Assembly: GCA_002238805.1 (NCBI GenBank)
Contig: MPNB01000005.1
Span: 10,256 to 74,255, forward strand
Length of the DNA stretch: 64,000 nt
Direction: 5' to 3'
Source: Rhodothermaceae bacterium bin80
GTDB lineage: Bacteria; Bacteroidota; Rhodothermia; Rhodothermales; Bin80
The translations under genes and the position numbers were made by a program. Under the pieces are notes generated by a model. That model worked only from the letters and a program-made list of their open reading frames with translations. It had not been told where the DNA came from and did not search any database. Within the stretch, counting starts at the first letter, position 1, and every line of letters begins with the position of its first letter. Below, one piece after another: positions 38,014 to 48,029 of this stretch.

Positions 38014-38107
38014 ATGTGAGCGACTCCGGTAAATGTGTTTCGATTACGTGCTGGGCTATAACGCTGCTCGACAGTTTACACAGTTGATGCCATCTATGAT
38101 CCGTTAA

Positions 38108-40444
38108 TCAGATATCGACCGCCTGTTTCTTAAGGATAAACACTCCCTCCCGCCGACTCGTCACCACAATAATGCCACTCTTGAAGTACGGATAACTGCT
38201 CCAGGTTCCGTTGAATCCAGCTTCATCGGTTCCGTACGGTGTTGTATCAAAGTATCCGATCTCCACCGGATTATCCGGTGTTGATACATCTACGAGTCGC
38301 AGACCACTCGCATTATTAGTCTGATACATCAGATCACCGTGTACATAGAGGTTATGATCCGTAGCCGAAGTGGGCCCATAGAACTCACGTACCATTATTG
38401 GATCACTCAGGTCTCTGACGTCCCAAACCAGCGTGCGTGTTTTATCAACCTTCCCAGCGATTTCATCCAGTTCGTCATTCTGATAGAAGTAAGAATGGTC
38501 TTCTGAAAGCCAGCCCTGGTGCACATATCCGGCATCGGGATAAGAACCTGTTCCAACCGGAACCGGGTTCTCCTTATCGGTGACATCCGCGATACTTATT
38601 GCGGTTTCGTTGGCACCAATGCAAATTTCACGTCCGGTATATTCGACATCTGGTCCATCGTAGATCACGCACTGCGCATCGTGACTGTACCCGGTCTTAC
38701 GGCGCCCGGTCGTTTCATCTGCGAAGCAACCCGCAAAAACGGGGGCCTGGGGCTCACGAATATCAATCATATGGAGACCGCCTCCGCATGTCTCGCCTCC
38801 GGCGGAAGCACCAACAGCAAAAGCAAAACCGGTGTCCTCATTGATAACAATATTGTGAGCACTGTGAATCTGGTCGTAGTGCGCAGTTTTCTCAAACTGC
38901 ACCGGTGGATTCGTCACCTCTCTCAATTGCGTTAAGTCAAAGACTTGCATCCCATGCTCCCGTGCACCGTCGGCGACAATAAACGCATGATCCTTATACA
39001 CCTTGATATCCCGCCAGGTACTTCCCGGCGAGCCTTCTGTACGCGGCAGTGTACCCAAATATCTCGGCATGGACGGATCGCTTAAATCAATAAAAACCGT
39101 TCCCTCCAAATGACCGATCAAGCCATATTCAGTACCGGTTTCGGGATCCGTCCAGCCCCACACATCGCTCAGGCGCACACCGCGATTCATCTCCATTTCC
39201 TGGTTGGGCAGGAACGCCAGTAAATCTACTAGACCACAACCAAAGCTTTCGGCCTGTCCTCCGGCACAAGTCGCCTGGGTTCCGACAATACTTGGCATAG
39301 GTCCCCCTGCATTAAAAATCTCCTGTGTTACCTCCCAGGTATCATTCCTGAACTCCACCAGTGAAGCACTGCCTTCTCCATAGGCTGCACCCGGCGCACC
39401 CACCGCAATAACTGATCCGTCAATTGCTAAAACTGATCCAAATCTTGGGCCGGGCCCGCGAACAGGAGTGTAGTTGTCAGAATCAGCATATCCATTTTCC
39501 TGCACCGGATATACGCGTACTTCCCCATCCATATCTGCGGCCATTGGCGCACCAACAACAATCCAGCGAGGATCCTGGATCTGGACCTGTGCACCAAAAA
39601 ACTGGCGTCCTGAGGGATCATTCGGGGTAAGAATCTCCCACTCACTCCACGTCGCATCGTCGCCATCACCCAGGCGCCAGACAGCCACTGCACCCAGTCC
39701 ACTGTTGTGCCGAGGCGCACCAATGGCTGCCCGATTTCCTTTTAGATCTACGGAGGTTGCAAACGCCGACTCCGTGCCCAACTCTCCACATGAAAATGTT
39801 TCGACAAGCCCCCATTCATCGTTGCCGTATTCGTACAAATACGCACTACAGGCCCCAGGAGATCCTACAAGTAAACGCCCCTGATCCATCGAAAGCGTCA
39901 TTCCATACATTGACACCGCCTCCGTACCGGGATCGACAAGTTTTGTACCCTCAACCCAAACGTCATCCGAGTTGCGATAAAAAACAGACACATCGCCTGT
40001 ACTTCCGTTGGGCTGCGCAGCACCTACAGCAATCCATCTCCCATCTGCTGCGAGTGCACTGCCAAAGGTGGGGTGCTCTGACTCAAGTCTTCCTGTTTGA
40101 ACAAAGTTACCCGCTCCATCCTCTTGCTCGAAAATAAAAACGGCTGTTGCGCTTGCAACAACCAAGGTTCCGTTTCCATACGCAATCGTACTACCAAACC
40201 CATCATTAACATGAGCATCTGGAGCACGCAGTGAACTGCTCAATAACCACTTCCGATCTGCATCACGCAGATAAACATGAACCATTCCCGGGTTTTTGAA
40301 ACCCCGGGACTCAGCTACAAAAAGGTGACTATCTCCGGCAACAATCGCTCCACCGAAAGCAGCCAGTGATTCAGGAGGAGGTGCTCCTGTAACGGGCACT
40401 GTCAATGCGGCCAAAATGGCCAAAACCGAAAGAGTTCGCATCAT
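38108..40444 (-). CDS. secreted protein: FG-GAP-like repeats plus choice-of-anchor-B/LVIVD-type beta-propeller
   Basis: The N-terminal half has repeats of the form FG..L...G..IAVGAP. The C-terminal half is paralogous to 52813-54372 (shared ICIG(A/S)NET.ISIADVTDKENPV and DHNLYVHGD). Confidence 0.7.
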   Translation of the reverse strand: MMRTLSVLAILAALTVPVTGAPPPESLAAFGGAIVAGDSHLFVAESRGFKNPGMVHVYLRDADRKWLLSSSLRAPDAHVNDGFGSTIAYGNGTLVVASATAVFIFEQEDGAGNFVQTGRLESEHPTFGSALAADGRWIAVGAAQPNGSTGDVSVFYRNSDDVWVEGTKLVDPGTEAVSMYGMTLSMDQGRLLVGSPGACSAYLYEYGNDEWGLVETFSCGELGTESAFATSVDLKGNRAAIGAPRHNSGLGAVAVWRLGDGDDATWSEWEILTPNDPSGRQFFGAQVQIQDPRWIVVGAPMAADMDGEVRVYPVQENGYADSDNYTPVRGPGPRFGSVLAIDGSVIAVGAPGAAYGEGSASLVEFRNDTWEVTQEIFNAGGPMPSIVGTQATCAGGQAESFGCGLVDLLAFLPNQEMEMNRGVRLSDVWGWTDPETGTEYGLIGHLEGTVFIDLSDPSMPRYLGTLPRTEGSPGSTWRDIKVYKDHAFIVADGAREHGMQVFDLTQLREVTNPPVQFEKTAHYDQIHSAHNIVINEDTGFAFAVGASAGGETCGGGLHMIDIREPQAPVFAGCFADETTGRRKTGYSHDAQCVIYDGPDVEYTGREICIGANETAISIADVTDKENPVPVGTGSYPDAGYVHQGWLSEDHSYFYQNDELDEIAGKVDKTRTLVWDVRDLSDPIMVREFYGPTSATDHNLYVHGDLMYQTNNASGLRLVDVSTPDNPVEIGYFDTTPYGTDEAGFNGTWSSYPYFKSGIIVVTSRREGVFILKKQAVDI

Positions 40445-40480
40445 TTTAAGATGTAGGCGTTCTTAATTTAGCGTAAGAGT

Positions 40481-40557
40481 TGGTGGGCCCTACGGGATTC
40501 GAACCTGTGACCTCTCGCGTGTGAGGCGAGCGCTCTAAACCACTGAGCTAAGAGCCC
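40481..40557 (-). tRNA. tRNA-Val (anticodon CAC), CCA encoded
   Basis: The reverse complement is GGGCTCTTAGCTCAGTGGTTTAGAGCGCTCGCCTCACACGCGAGAGGTCACAGGTTCGAATCCCGTAGGGCCCACCA. It folds as a cloverleaf with anticodon loop CUCACAC, and the T-stem has one A-C mismatch. Confidence 0.88.
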
Positions 40558-40998
40558 TTAACCAGACAGATACTCCCCTAGGGGCCGACCATGAACCTTT
40601 TTAACTGACCAGAGGTCCGCTTCTAAAACAAGTCGACTACCACCACTCAACCCCACTACCGAAGTGGATGCATGTCGCGAAGCACCGGCCACAAGCCCCG
40701 CCGCCAAAACAATCGCAACAGCCGTGCCGACCAAAATACTGGTGTGTGGTGGACGGATTGGACTGGCAAACGGCAAATGACGAGACAGTCGCCTACGAAC
40801 ACATGCACGTAGTCCAGTTGGAGTTCGCAAACGATGCTCGCACAACAAACGTCGTGTGCAACGCAAGTACCTGACTTGGCGCGCAAGTCCTCTATCGCAT
40901 TCCACACACTCCTCAAATGCGGCGCGAACGGCATGATCCATCGTTCCGTCCACATACTCGCACAGGAGTTCGTCCATCCAGGAGGCTTTGCTCAACAT
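40558..40998 (-). CDS. putative zinc-finger (zf-HC2-like) anti-sigma factor
   Basis: The N-terminus is LLCEYVDGTMDHAVRAAFEECVECDRGLARQV and a single transmembrane helix follows (ILVGTAVAIVLAAGLVAG). No adjacent ECF sigma gene is present. Confidence 0.4.
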   Translation of the reverse strand: MLSKASWMDELLCEYVDGTMDHAVRAAFEECVECDRGLARQVRYLRCTRRLLCEHRLRTPTGLRACVRRRLSRHLPFASPIRPPHTSILVGTAVAIVLAAGLVAGASRHASTSVVGLSGGSRLVLEADLWSVKKVHGRPLGEYLSG

Positions 40999-41187
40999 GA
41001 GCGAGAGTAGCTATATACCATCCATACGATCAGTTTCCGGGGTGAAATTGACTCCTTGCTACATGACGTAATGAAGGCGAAACACGAATGTTTCTTGATT
41101 TGAACCAGACCAAAGCATTTCGGGCATTCATAACATGAAAGCGTTTGCAAAAGATCTTCACGGAACCTCCGTGTAGTGCCAACGCAA

Positions 41188-42264
41188 TTAGTTCCGCAAA
41201 GGTTCAGACAATAGCCGTGTGATCAAAAGTGTCATGATCACACGTGGACTGCGTTTGGAGAAGCCTTTAATTTCGCTGTCCACACTCAAAAACAGTTGCA
41301 TGGCCCATTCGATTTCTGGTAGCGACCAGTTACGGGCAGCCTTCCTGTACTTATGGATCATGGTGTACGGAATGCCGGTCCGCTTGGTAATATCTGCCGG
41401 CTTGAGGCCATGTGAGGGACAGCCGTGCAATTTCCAGAGCTTAAGGAAATGGCTGTTTAGTACGGCCAGAATTTTTAAAACCTCGCCCCGCCTCGAAGAA
41501 GCGCCGAGTAATAACTGCTCTGCAATCCTGTGCGCCTCAACCCATCTGCGATCCGTGATGGCATCCTGTAGCTCAAATATATTGATCTCACGAGTTTGCC
41601 CACTGGCCTGCAGAACATCCTGTTTCGTAATCACTCTCGTCTCAGACGCACCCACATAAGTGATGAGCTTTTCAATCTCCTGGACCAATAGAGCCAGTCT
41701 GGTACCTAGAAATTCTATCAGTAGTTGTCCGGCACTGTTTTCCAGTTTGTAACCTCGAGAACTGGCATATTCACGCAAAAACGGTCCCACCTGACTGCGC
41801 CACAACGGAGCAAACTCCACAACCTTTGCGATTTTTGGGGTTTTTTTCAGCGTGCGATAAGGATCCGCATTGAACCTTGGGCGAGTTTCGCAAACAAGGA
41901 ACACAATTGCTGCTGGATTTGGCCATTTAGCCAGCGTTGTAAACAGTTTGTTTCCCTTGAGTTGATCAAATGCCCGTATGATGACAACACGCCGCTCAGT
42001 CAGCATGGGTGCCATTTGGCATATACCGAGTACATCTTTAGCGGCTATATCCGGCCCGTAAACTACATCAAGGTTAAAATCACGATCCTCCGGGGGAAGA
42101 GTATGATCAATCAGAATCTGCTGCAGCTGATCCGGGAAATACGGCTCCGCTCCATAGAAGAGGTAGACTGGTTTAAAGTGTCCCGCCTCAAAATCTTTTT
42201 TCAGATCCCTATAGAGATCAAGCGCAGATTTTTTTTTGCGTCTCCCGCCTGCTGCTGACATCAC
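41188..42264 (-). CDS. holA: DNA polymerase III delta subunit
   Basis: 358 aa. The N-terminal block is PVYLFYGAEPYF and the overall helical C-terminal pattern fits HolA. Confidence 0.8.
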   Translation of the reverse strand: MMSAAGGRRKKKSALDLYRDLKKDFEAGHFKPVYLFYGAEPYFPDQLQQILIDHTLPPEDRDFNLDVVYGPDIAAKDVLGICQMAPMLTERRVVIIRAFDQLKGNKLFTTLAKWPNPAAIVFLVCETRPRFNADPYRTLKKTPKIAKVVEFAPLWRSQVGPFLREYASSRGYKLENSAGQLLIEFLGTRLALLVQEIEKLITYVGASETRVITKQDVLQASGQTREINIFELQDAITDRRWVEAHRIAEQLLLGASSRRGEVLKILAVLNSHFLKLWKLHGCPSHGLKPADITKRTGIPYTMIHKYRKAARNWSLPEIEWAMQLFLSVDSEIKGFSKRSPRVIMTLLITRLLSEPLRN

Positions 42265-42716
42265 CAGGAACGATAAAGCCTTTCTGCTACAGTACGAAGC
42301 GTATCCGTATCATGCTGCAAGGCGGTTAAAAGGAATTTGTAGACATCCACACCATCTGTAATCTGCTGTGACCAGGCCTCCATACTTAGATGTTCTGCAG
42401 CGGCAATGACAGATCTCCGGGCGGATTCAACCTGCACAAGAATATCCTTCATAGGTATGCTATTCCAATCTACGGACAAGGCCTTCGGGGCAATCTTACG
42501 TCCAGATATATTTTTCAGAACGGGGAGAATTTTGTTTCGATCCCGCGTGATGATAGCGCCGTAACACTGTTTGACTGATGGTCCGCGGTCAGTGTTGGTA
42601 ATTTGCGACTCATGCAGACGTGGGGAGATCTGTCGCAGTGCGGCAATCTCGTCTATTAGGTAGCGCAGTTGATCCAGTACTGCGCCGCGACGGCGCGCTG
42701 GATCTGGCTCAGTCAT
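42261..42716 (-). CDS. hypothetical helical protein
   Basis: The ATG at 42716 overlaps the upstream stop by 8 nt, and the gene's stop forms an ATGA overlap with the holA start. No family was recognised. Confidence 0.5.
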   Translation of the reverse strand: MTEPDPARRRGAVLDQLRYLIDEIAALRQISPRLHESQITNTDRGPSVKQCYGAIITRDRNKILPVLKNISGRKIAPKALSVDWNSIPMKDILVQVESARRSVIAAAEHLSMEAWSQQITDGVDVYKFLLTALQHDTDTLRTVAERLYRSW

Positions 42717-43452
42717 CGTCTGAAGAAGGACGGCCCTCCCATGTATTGCCAGCGGCAATGGGGGTTTCCGAGCGCAAATGCGTGTTCTTCAACTCCGGCA
42801 TTTGCGTCTCAGCCAGCTCACGCACATGATGGCGATCCCTTAAACTGTGCAGATTGTTATCCGTGCGGTGCTGCCATGCATCCGCATTCTCCTGCTTATT
42901 ACGGGCTTCCTCCAGATAGTCAAGCCGGTCTGTGAGCCGCTCTGCGGGTACCAACAAACGATCAAGCCCAAAGATTGCCTCATCCCGTCCCTGAAAAGTA
43001 AGATCGTACTCCTTCGACATCACGATGGCTTCCTCTGGACAAACTTCCTCACAGAATCCGCAATAGATACAGCGGAGCATATTGATCTCGAACCAGGCCG
43101 GTTCACGTTCTTTGCTGCTGTGCGGATCATCTACCTCGCGAGACTGCATCGATATTGCCATGGGTGGGCATGCCTTCGCGCAAAGATTACAGGAAACGCA
43201 GCGCGGCGTACCTTCCTCTTCTACAAGAACGGGCCGCCCACGATAAGAGTCAGGTGGCTCCCAGAGTTCATCCGGATACTCTGTCGTATAGGACGGCTCC
43301 TTAACCATTTTGCGGAAGCTGTATCTGAGCCCTTTGAAGATTTCCGGGAGGTATAGCCGTTCCCAGAAATTGAGATTGCGTTCGTTCTCAGATTTGGTGT
43401 TCTTCGGTACGCCAGGCATGGGGTTATCTACCACTTGGCCTCTGGATATCAA
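42709..43452 (-). CDS. NuoI-like 2x[4Fe-4S] ferredoxin subunit with C-terminal extension
   Basis: The block [18 protein letters not shown] is present with two CxxCxxCxxxCP motifs ([24 protein letters not shown]). No other nuo genes are adjacent. Confidence 0.7.
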   Translation of the reverse strand: MISRGQVVDNPMPGVPKNTKSENERNLNFWERLYLPEIFKGLRYSFRKMVKEPSYTTEYPDELWEPPDSYRGRPVLVEEEGTPRCVSCNLCAKACPPMAISMQSREVDDPHSSKEREPAWFEINMLRCIYCGFCEEVCPEEAIVMSKEYDLTFQGRDEAIFGLDRLLVPAERLTDRLDYLEEARNKQENADAWQHRTDNNLHSLRDRHHVRELAETQMPELKNTHLRSETPIAAGNTWEGRPSSDDD

Positions 43453-43472
43453 ACCGGATGGTTATTGTTCCA

Positions 43473-44789
43473 TTATTCATCTTCCGGAGATTTACGCCGA
43501 AAAGCCAGCGTAATCGGAACCCCCGCGAAACCATACGCTTTGCGAAGCTGGTTTTCGAGATAACGAATATAACCGGTCTCAACACCCTGGGGATGGTTGC
43601 AGAAAAAAGCAAAGAGTGGCGGAGATACCCCGACTTGGGTGACATACTTGATCTGCACATACCGCCCACGCCAAGTGGGAGGATGATAGCGCCCGATTGA
43701 TTGCTGCACCGTTCGATTGAGTTCGGACGTTGGCACACGATATGCTGCATTGCGCATTATCTCCAGACAAATATCCAGCACACGGTGCGCACGCTTACCC
43801 GTAAGTGCGGAAACAAACAGAATCGGAACGTAATCCAATGTCTTCAGACGCTCCCGGATCGCACGTTCAGTATCCCTGGCGGTGTTTGTTTCTTTTTCAA
43901 CGAGATCCCATTTGTTAACAACAATCACCAGACCTTTTCGCAGTGTCTCCGCTTCCTTGAGAACATTAATGTCCTGGGCTTCCAAGCCCACCGTCGCATC
44001 CAGAAGCAGTACTGCAACATCACAACTACGAATCGCACGTTCTGTGCGCAGTGTAGCGTAAAACTCGATGTTCTCACGAACCTTGGTGCGACGTCTTAAC
44101 CCGGCCGTATCAACCAGCGTGATTGCCTCTCCCTTATAGGTCAACTCTGCATCAACGGAGTCTCGCGTTGTGCCACTGATTTCTGTTACGATAGAGCGTT
44201 CCTGTCGCAGCAGGGTGTTGGTGAGTTGGGATTTTCCGACGTTCGGCCGTCCGATAAGCGCAATCCTAACTCCATCGTCATCTTCACTTTGTTCTTTCTT
44301 GGGTAGTGCAGCAACAACAGCATCCAGAAAATCGCCTGTGCCCATCCCATTCGTAGCACTTACGGAATAGACTTCGCCCAGACCCAGACTGTACATGGAT
44401 GCGGCTTCCCACTGACGCTTCTCATTATCTGCTTTATTGGCAACGACGAATACTGGTTTGTTACTTCGTCGGAGCATCCGTGCCATTTCCTGATCAAGGT
44501 CAGTCACGCCTGCCATAACATCTGTGACCAGTAGAACAATGTCCGCTTCTGTGAGCGCAATCTGTACCTGTTCGCGTATTGCACGCTCAAAGCGGTCTGC
44601 ACTTCGCGGCACATACCCACCCGTATCCACGAGTGCGAATTCTTTTCCGTTCCAGATTACCTGACCATAAATGCGATCCCGCGTAACGCCGGGAGCGTCA
44701 TGGACAATCGCTTGGCGCGATTCCGTAAGTCGATTAAACAGCGTAGACTTACCCACATTCGGACGGCCAACAATCGCAACTAGCGCCAT
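43473..44789 (-). CDS. der: ribosome-associated GTPase Der/EngA
   Basis: Two G domains are present ([14 protein letters not shown] and [14 protein letters not shown]) with a KH-like C-terminus. Confidence 0.96.
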   Translation of the reverse strand: MALVAIVGRPNVGKSTLFNRLTESRQAIVHDAPGVTRDRIYGQVIWNGKEFALVDTGGYVPRSADRFERAIREQVQIALTEADIVLLVTDVMAGVTDLDQEMARMLRRSNKPVFVVANKADNEKRQWEAASMYSLGLGEVYSVSATNGMGTGDFLDAVVAALPKKEQSEDDDGVRIALIGRPNVGKSQLTNTLLRQERSIVTEISGTTRDSVDAELTYKGEAITLVDTAGLRRRTKVRENIEFYATLRTERAIRSCDVAVLLLDATVGLEAQDINVLKEAETLRKGLVIVVNKWDLVEKETNTARDTERAIRERLKTLDYVPILFVSALTGKRAHRVLDICLEIMRNAAYRVPTSELNRTVQQSIGRYHPPTWRGRYVQIKYVTQVGVSPPLFAFFCNHPQGVETGYIRYLENQLRKAYGFAGVPITLAFRRKSPEDE

Positions 44790-44912
44790 GGTTCTCTGGA
44801 CTTATCGAACTCCTGTCTAAGCTTCCTGCAGCTGTTTACTGCAATATCTCAGACTAATAACCGTACAGCAGGATTCGTCAGGGCTTTTTTGTTCTCTGCA
44901 CCACACTTTGGA

Positions 44913-46916
44913 CTATTCCACATCAACATCTTCTCCACACCGTTGGCTCATTTTCCTGCAGCGTGTGATGATACTTTCACGGCTTGCATGTACGTTAATC
45001 ACGTAACTCTCGTGCCTCGGGATTTGCACAAATCTGCTTCCAGGTCCAGCAATTGGAGGCGATTCCGCAGGGAAAATATCTATATTCTTCCTGTTGCCCG
45101 ACAGCCGTTTATAATTCCCCTCTGGATCTATGTCCAAAAGGGCCGCAGTAACGCTCAAAAGGACCCTTCTGTATGATCTCTCTCCCTTCCACTCGCCAGA
45201 GTTCATGCGCCAACGAGGACCTTTCAAAGGCCTATCCTCCCAAGGCCAGCATTTCAGTGCCCATTCGGCAAGCTCCTCGCCACGTTCAACCAAATCGTTC
45301 TCCTTCCAGTCCGCATGCTGTTCAGAAAGTTGTCGCGTAAGCGTAACACTACTCTCCTTATAGAGCTCACGCTTCTCGTTATAGCCTCTATTACTAATTT
45401 CTGAATTGAAGTCCAGTCCAACCAGTGTAAGGTTTACAAGACTGTTTAAGTAGTTGTCGCGTATTTCGTCTACGTCATCCCCCAAGTAGTTTTCCCATTC
45501 CTTACCTAGTGTTCTCGGCATTATGTGCTCCAGTGACAAATCCTCAATCCTCGGTTGAGCTGGTCCTTTCCATATTTCTGAGTTGATAGTATATAGGATG
45601 GCCTTGGCTGCACCCGAAGCTTTACTTCCGTACGCTTTTCTCTTCTTTATGCCCTCCCTGACTTCTTCAGCACTGGGCACCGCGATTCGTGATCGCCGAA
45701 GCTTTCGAATTTCTCCAGTCCAGTGGTGACTGAAGTCTTCGGTATACCGAGGGCCCTTGCCATGCGCAAGTCTTGCAGCCTCAGTGTTGAGACCATTTGT
45801 CGGCTTACCTGCAAGCCATAGCCGCGTTAGCCAAGTACTGATTGCCTCTAAGGTTTCAATAAGTTCTTTTGCAGTTGCCCCAGTGCTATCAGGTCTTGTG
45901 GCATCATCCAGCAAACGGAGTATGAGTGGCCGAAGAACATCAATTCCAAGGCCCCGAAAATATTTCAGTAATTGATTGATGCGCTTATTTTTATACTTGT
46001 CGCCCCTACCAGTTATTATCCCATAGAGCTCCGCCAATCTGGCAAGGTCCTTGCACAACCAGATTCTGTCGTTCTCTGTATTCGAAACGTGCCACCATCT
46101 CCGCAAGTTTTCGTAGGTCCGCGTTTTGCCGCTATTTTCCCCCGTCTTCCACCGAAGAAAATCCCGAAGAAATTCGTCTATGTACTTGGGTTCTTGGACA
46201 GCTCCCAAATATGTCTCGAGTACGCACCAGTAACCTCGGTATACTTCGTCCTGGGCTTTCCTATCCAGCCCCATTAGGAGCCAATTTTTGGCCTTTTCTC
46301 CTTCTGTCAGTGGAACACCCGTTGCATTCAGGCTCTCGAAAATTTGCTGCGGATCGTCAGATGGACCACACCTGAAGCTTATAACTTGAAAGCGATTCAG
46401 TCCACCCATCAACCGAGATGGACCAACATCAGTCGTTGCTTTTCGTAATATTTTCCAAGCCGCAGTGACTTTACCTTCACCTCTGGGTTGGCCCTCAAGT
46501 ATCCGTCTATACTCCTCGTCATCCTCGCCCTGCAGCTCCATCGTTATTGATGAGTCCAAACTGTTTTTCAACAGAATATCCCAGATCTTCTGGGCATTCC
46601 ATTGCCCGGCTTTGCCATTTGGTCCCAACTCCCTCGCAATGCAGATTAATAGAATACTGATGGTTGCGAGACGTTGCTGTCCATCAACAACATGGTCTAA
46701 GGCAGGTGTGCCCGGCGGAGTACTTTCGGAATAGGTTATGAGCGTACCACCGAAATGTTGGACATTCTCATCTCTTACCTGCGCAATTGCTTTCAAATCT
46801 TGGACCAAGCGATCAATCGTTTTCTTGTCCCAACTATACCTGCGTTGCCACCTGGGCACAGAATATCGGACATTTCCTTGAAGCAATTTGAGAAAGCTAA
46901 CTATTTGGGCACGCAT
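44913..46916 (-). CDS. DUF262/DUF1524 (GmrSD-family) nuclease
   Basis: The ATG at 46916 is the likely start. The DUF262 blocks are YSVPRWQRRYSW and VVDGQQRLATI. The DUF1524 His-Me finger is LEHIMPRTLG...NSLVNLTLVGLDFNSEISN. An extra domain of about 120 aa sits at the C-terminus. Confidence 0.85.
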   Translation of the reverse strand: MRAQIVSFLKLLQGNVRYSVPRWQRRYSWDKKTIDRLVQDLKAIAQVRDENVQHFGGTLITYSESTPPGTPALDHVVDGQQRLATISILLICIARELGPNGKAGQWNAQKIWDILLKNSLDSSITMELQGEDDEEYRRILEGQPRGEGKVTAAWKILRKATTDVGPSRLMGGLNRFQVISFRCGPSDDPQQIFESLNATGVPLTEGEKAKNWLLMGLDRKAQDEVYRGYWCVLETYLGAVQEPKYIDEFLRDFLRWKTGENSGKTRTYENLRRWWHVSNTENDRIWLCKDLARLAELYGIITGRGDKYKNKRINQLLKYFRGLGIDVLRPLILRLLDDATRPDSTGATAKELIETLEAISTWLTRLWLAGKPTNGLNTEAARLAHGKGPRYTEDFSHHWTGEIRKLRRSRIAVPSAEEVREGIKKRKAYGSKASGAAKAILYTINSEIWKGPAQPRIEDLSLEHIMPRTLGKEWENYLGDDVDEIRDNYLNSLVNLTLVGLDFNSEISNRGYNEKRELYKESSVTLTRQLSEQHADWKENDLVERGEELAEWALKCWPWEDRPLKGPRWRMNSGEWKGERSYRRVLLSVTAALLDIDPEGNYKRLSGNRKNIDIFPAESPPIAGPGSRFVQIPRHESYVINVHASRESIITRCRKMSQRCGEDVDVE

Positions 46917-47085
46917 TTCATGTTGATCTGGTTGTTGTAAACAAAGCAATTCATTCCGAGCAACCACATATGGTAAGAAGCAACCACAACAACCTTCTTG
47001 CTGCTGAATAAGGTGATACAACCAAGTGCTTCAATGCACTCGGGAAACTAAGCATTTGCGACCTGATCTTGGTCCAACGGAGAAA

Positions 47086-47745
47086 TCAGCCCCTCAAGCT
47101 GAAAGCTTCCTGTCGCTTGAAGGCATAGATCGATCGATTCAGTACCTGTGTGTTGAATACACCAAGTTTACAGAGCGTATCAAAATCGCGAACTTTGAGA
47201 CCCGTGACTTTCGTGAAGAGGTCTGGCTCGACGTTACGAATCACATCTACAAGACTTTCCTCCCTGTAGTCCGTTAAGTACATGAAAATTGGAATTCTGG
47301 CGAGAAATCGCAAAAGCGCTTCTTCAATCTTCTTGCGGTGTTTAGCCATTTCTCGCTTTTCCCTGCTAACAGCTGACTTTCGCCTACCCTCCGCCCTGGC
47401 CTTCTTCAACGACTTTTCTGCGGTTACAATTTTTGTTGCGTGCTTGCGCAGGGCACGAAAAGCTTCAATGTTTTCCAGAGATCGCAGGAGTTCCTCATCG
47501 TTAAGGATACCCTCCAGTACATTACGACTGAGATCTATCATGCGCGGGGATTGCCACCGCTTAGCCAACATGGCTGAACCAACACCAGATGTCGCCATAT
47601 CCATCAAATCTGTCTCATTTAACTCAGTCAGTTTCCCATCATCATAGGCAAGTATGGGCAGGAAATTCAAAAACTCACGCACTTCAGACCTGGCACTGCC
47701 CTCGCCTTTCGCGTTGGCCTGTTGCGCACAGAATCCGTACACCAT
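47086..47745 (-). CDS. 219-aa helical hypothetical protein (possibly a gene remnant)
   Basis: The ORF is bounded by an in-frame TAA six codons upstream of the ATG. It has a Lys/Arg-rich coiled segment followed by IPIFMYLTDYREESLVDVI...FTKVTGLKVRDFDTLCKLGVFN. The family was not securely recognised. Confidence 0.45.
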   Translation of the reverse strand: MVYGFCAQQANAKGEGSARSEVREFLNFLPILAYDDGKLTELNETDLMDMATSGVGSAMLAKRWQSPRMIDLSRNVLEGILNDEELLRSLENIEAFRALRKHATKIVTAEKSLKKARAEGRRKSAVSREKREMAKHRKKIEEALLRFLARIPIFMYLTDYREESLVDVIRNVEPDLFTKVTGLKVRDFDTLCKLGVFNTQVLNRSIYAFKRQEAFSLRG

Positions 47746-48029
47746 TTCCAGCGTGCGATTTTACGCAAAGTCGTATATGTAGGCTTCCGACTTGGTCACC
47801 TCTTGCCTGTTGGATTGTCATCCTTCAAACGCGTCCAAGGTGACTGAATCCGGAATGCATCCTGAAATGCGCGGCACTACAAGCTACATTAATTTGTAGC
47901 AAAATTAACAACCCCACGCGTATTTGATTAACTTGATTATCCTTGCCATGATTCGTCGCGTATACTCACGAGCTTGAATCCACTGGCAGAAAAAAATTAT
48001 TGGAATATATCCGAGCGAGAGAGTAACTC

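Noticed and set aside
40481-40557. tRNA-Val as an integration site for an island
   Set aside because: Both flanks are ordinary genes. The two accessory regions are 30 kb and 4 kb away, and no direct repeat of the tRNA 3' end was seen.
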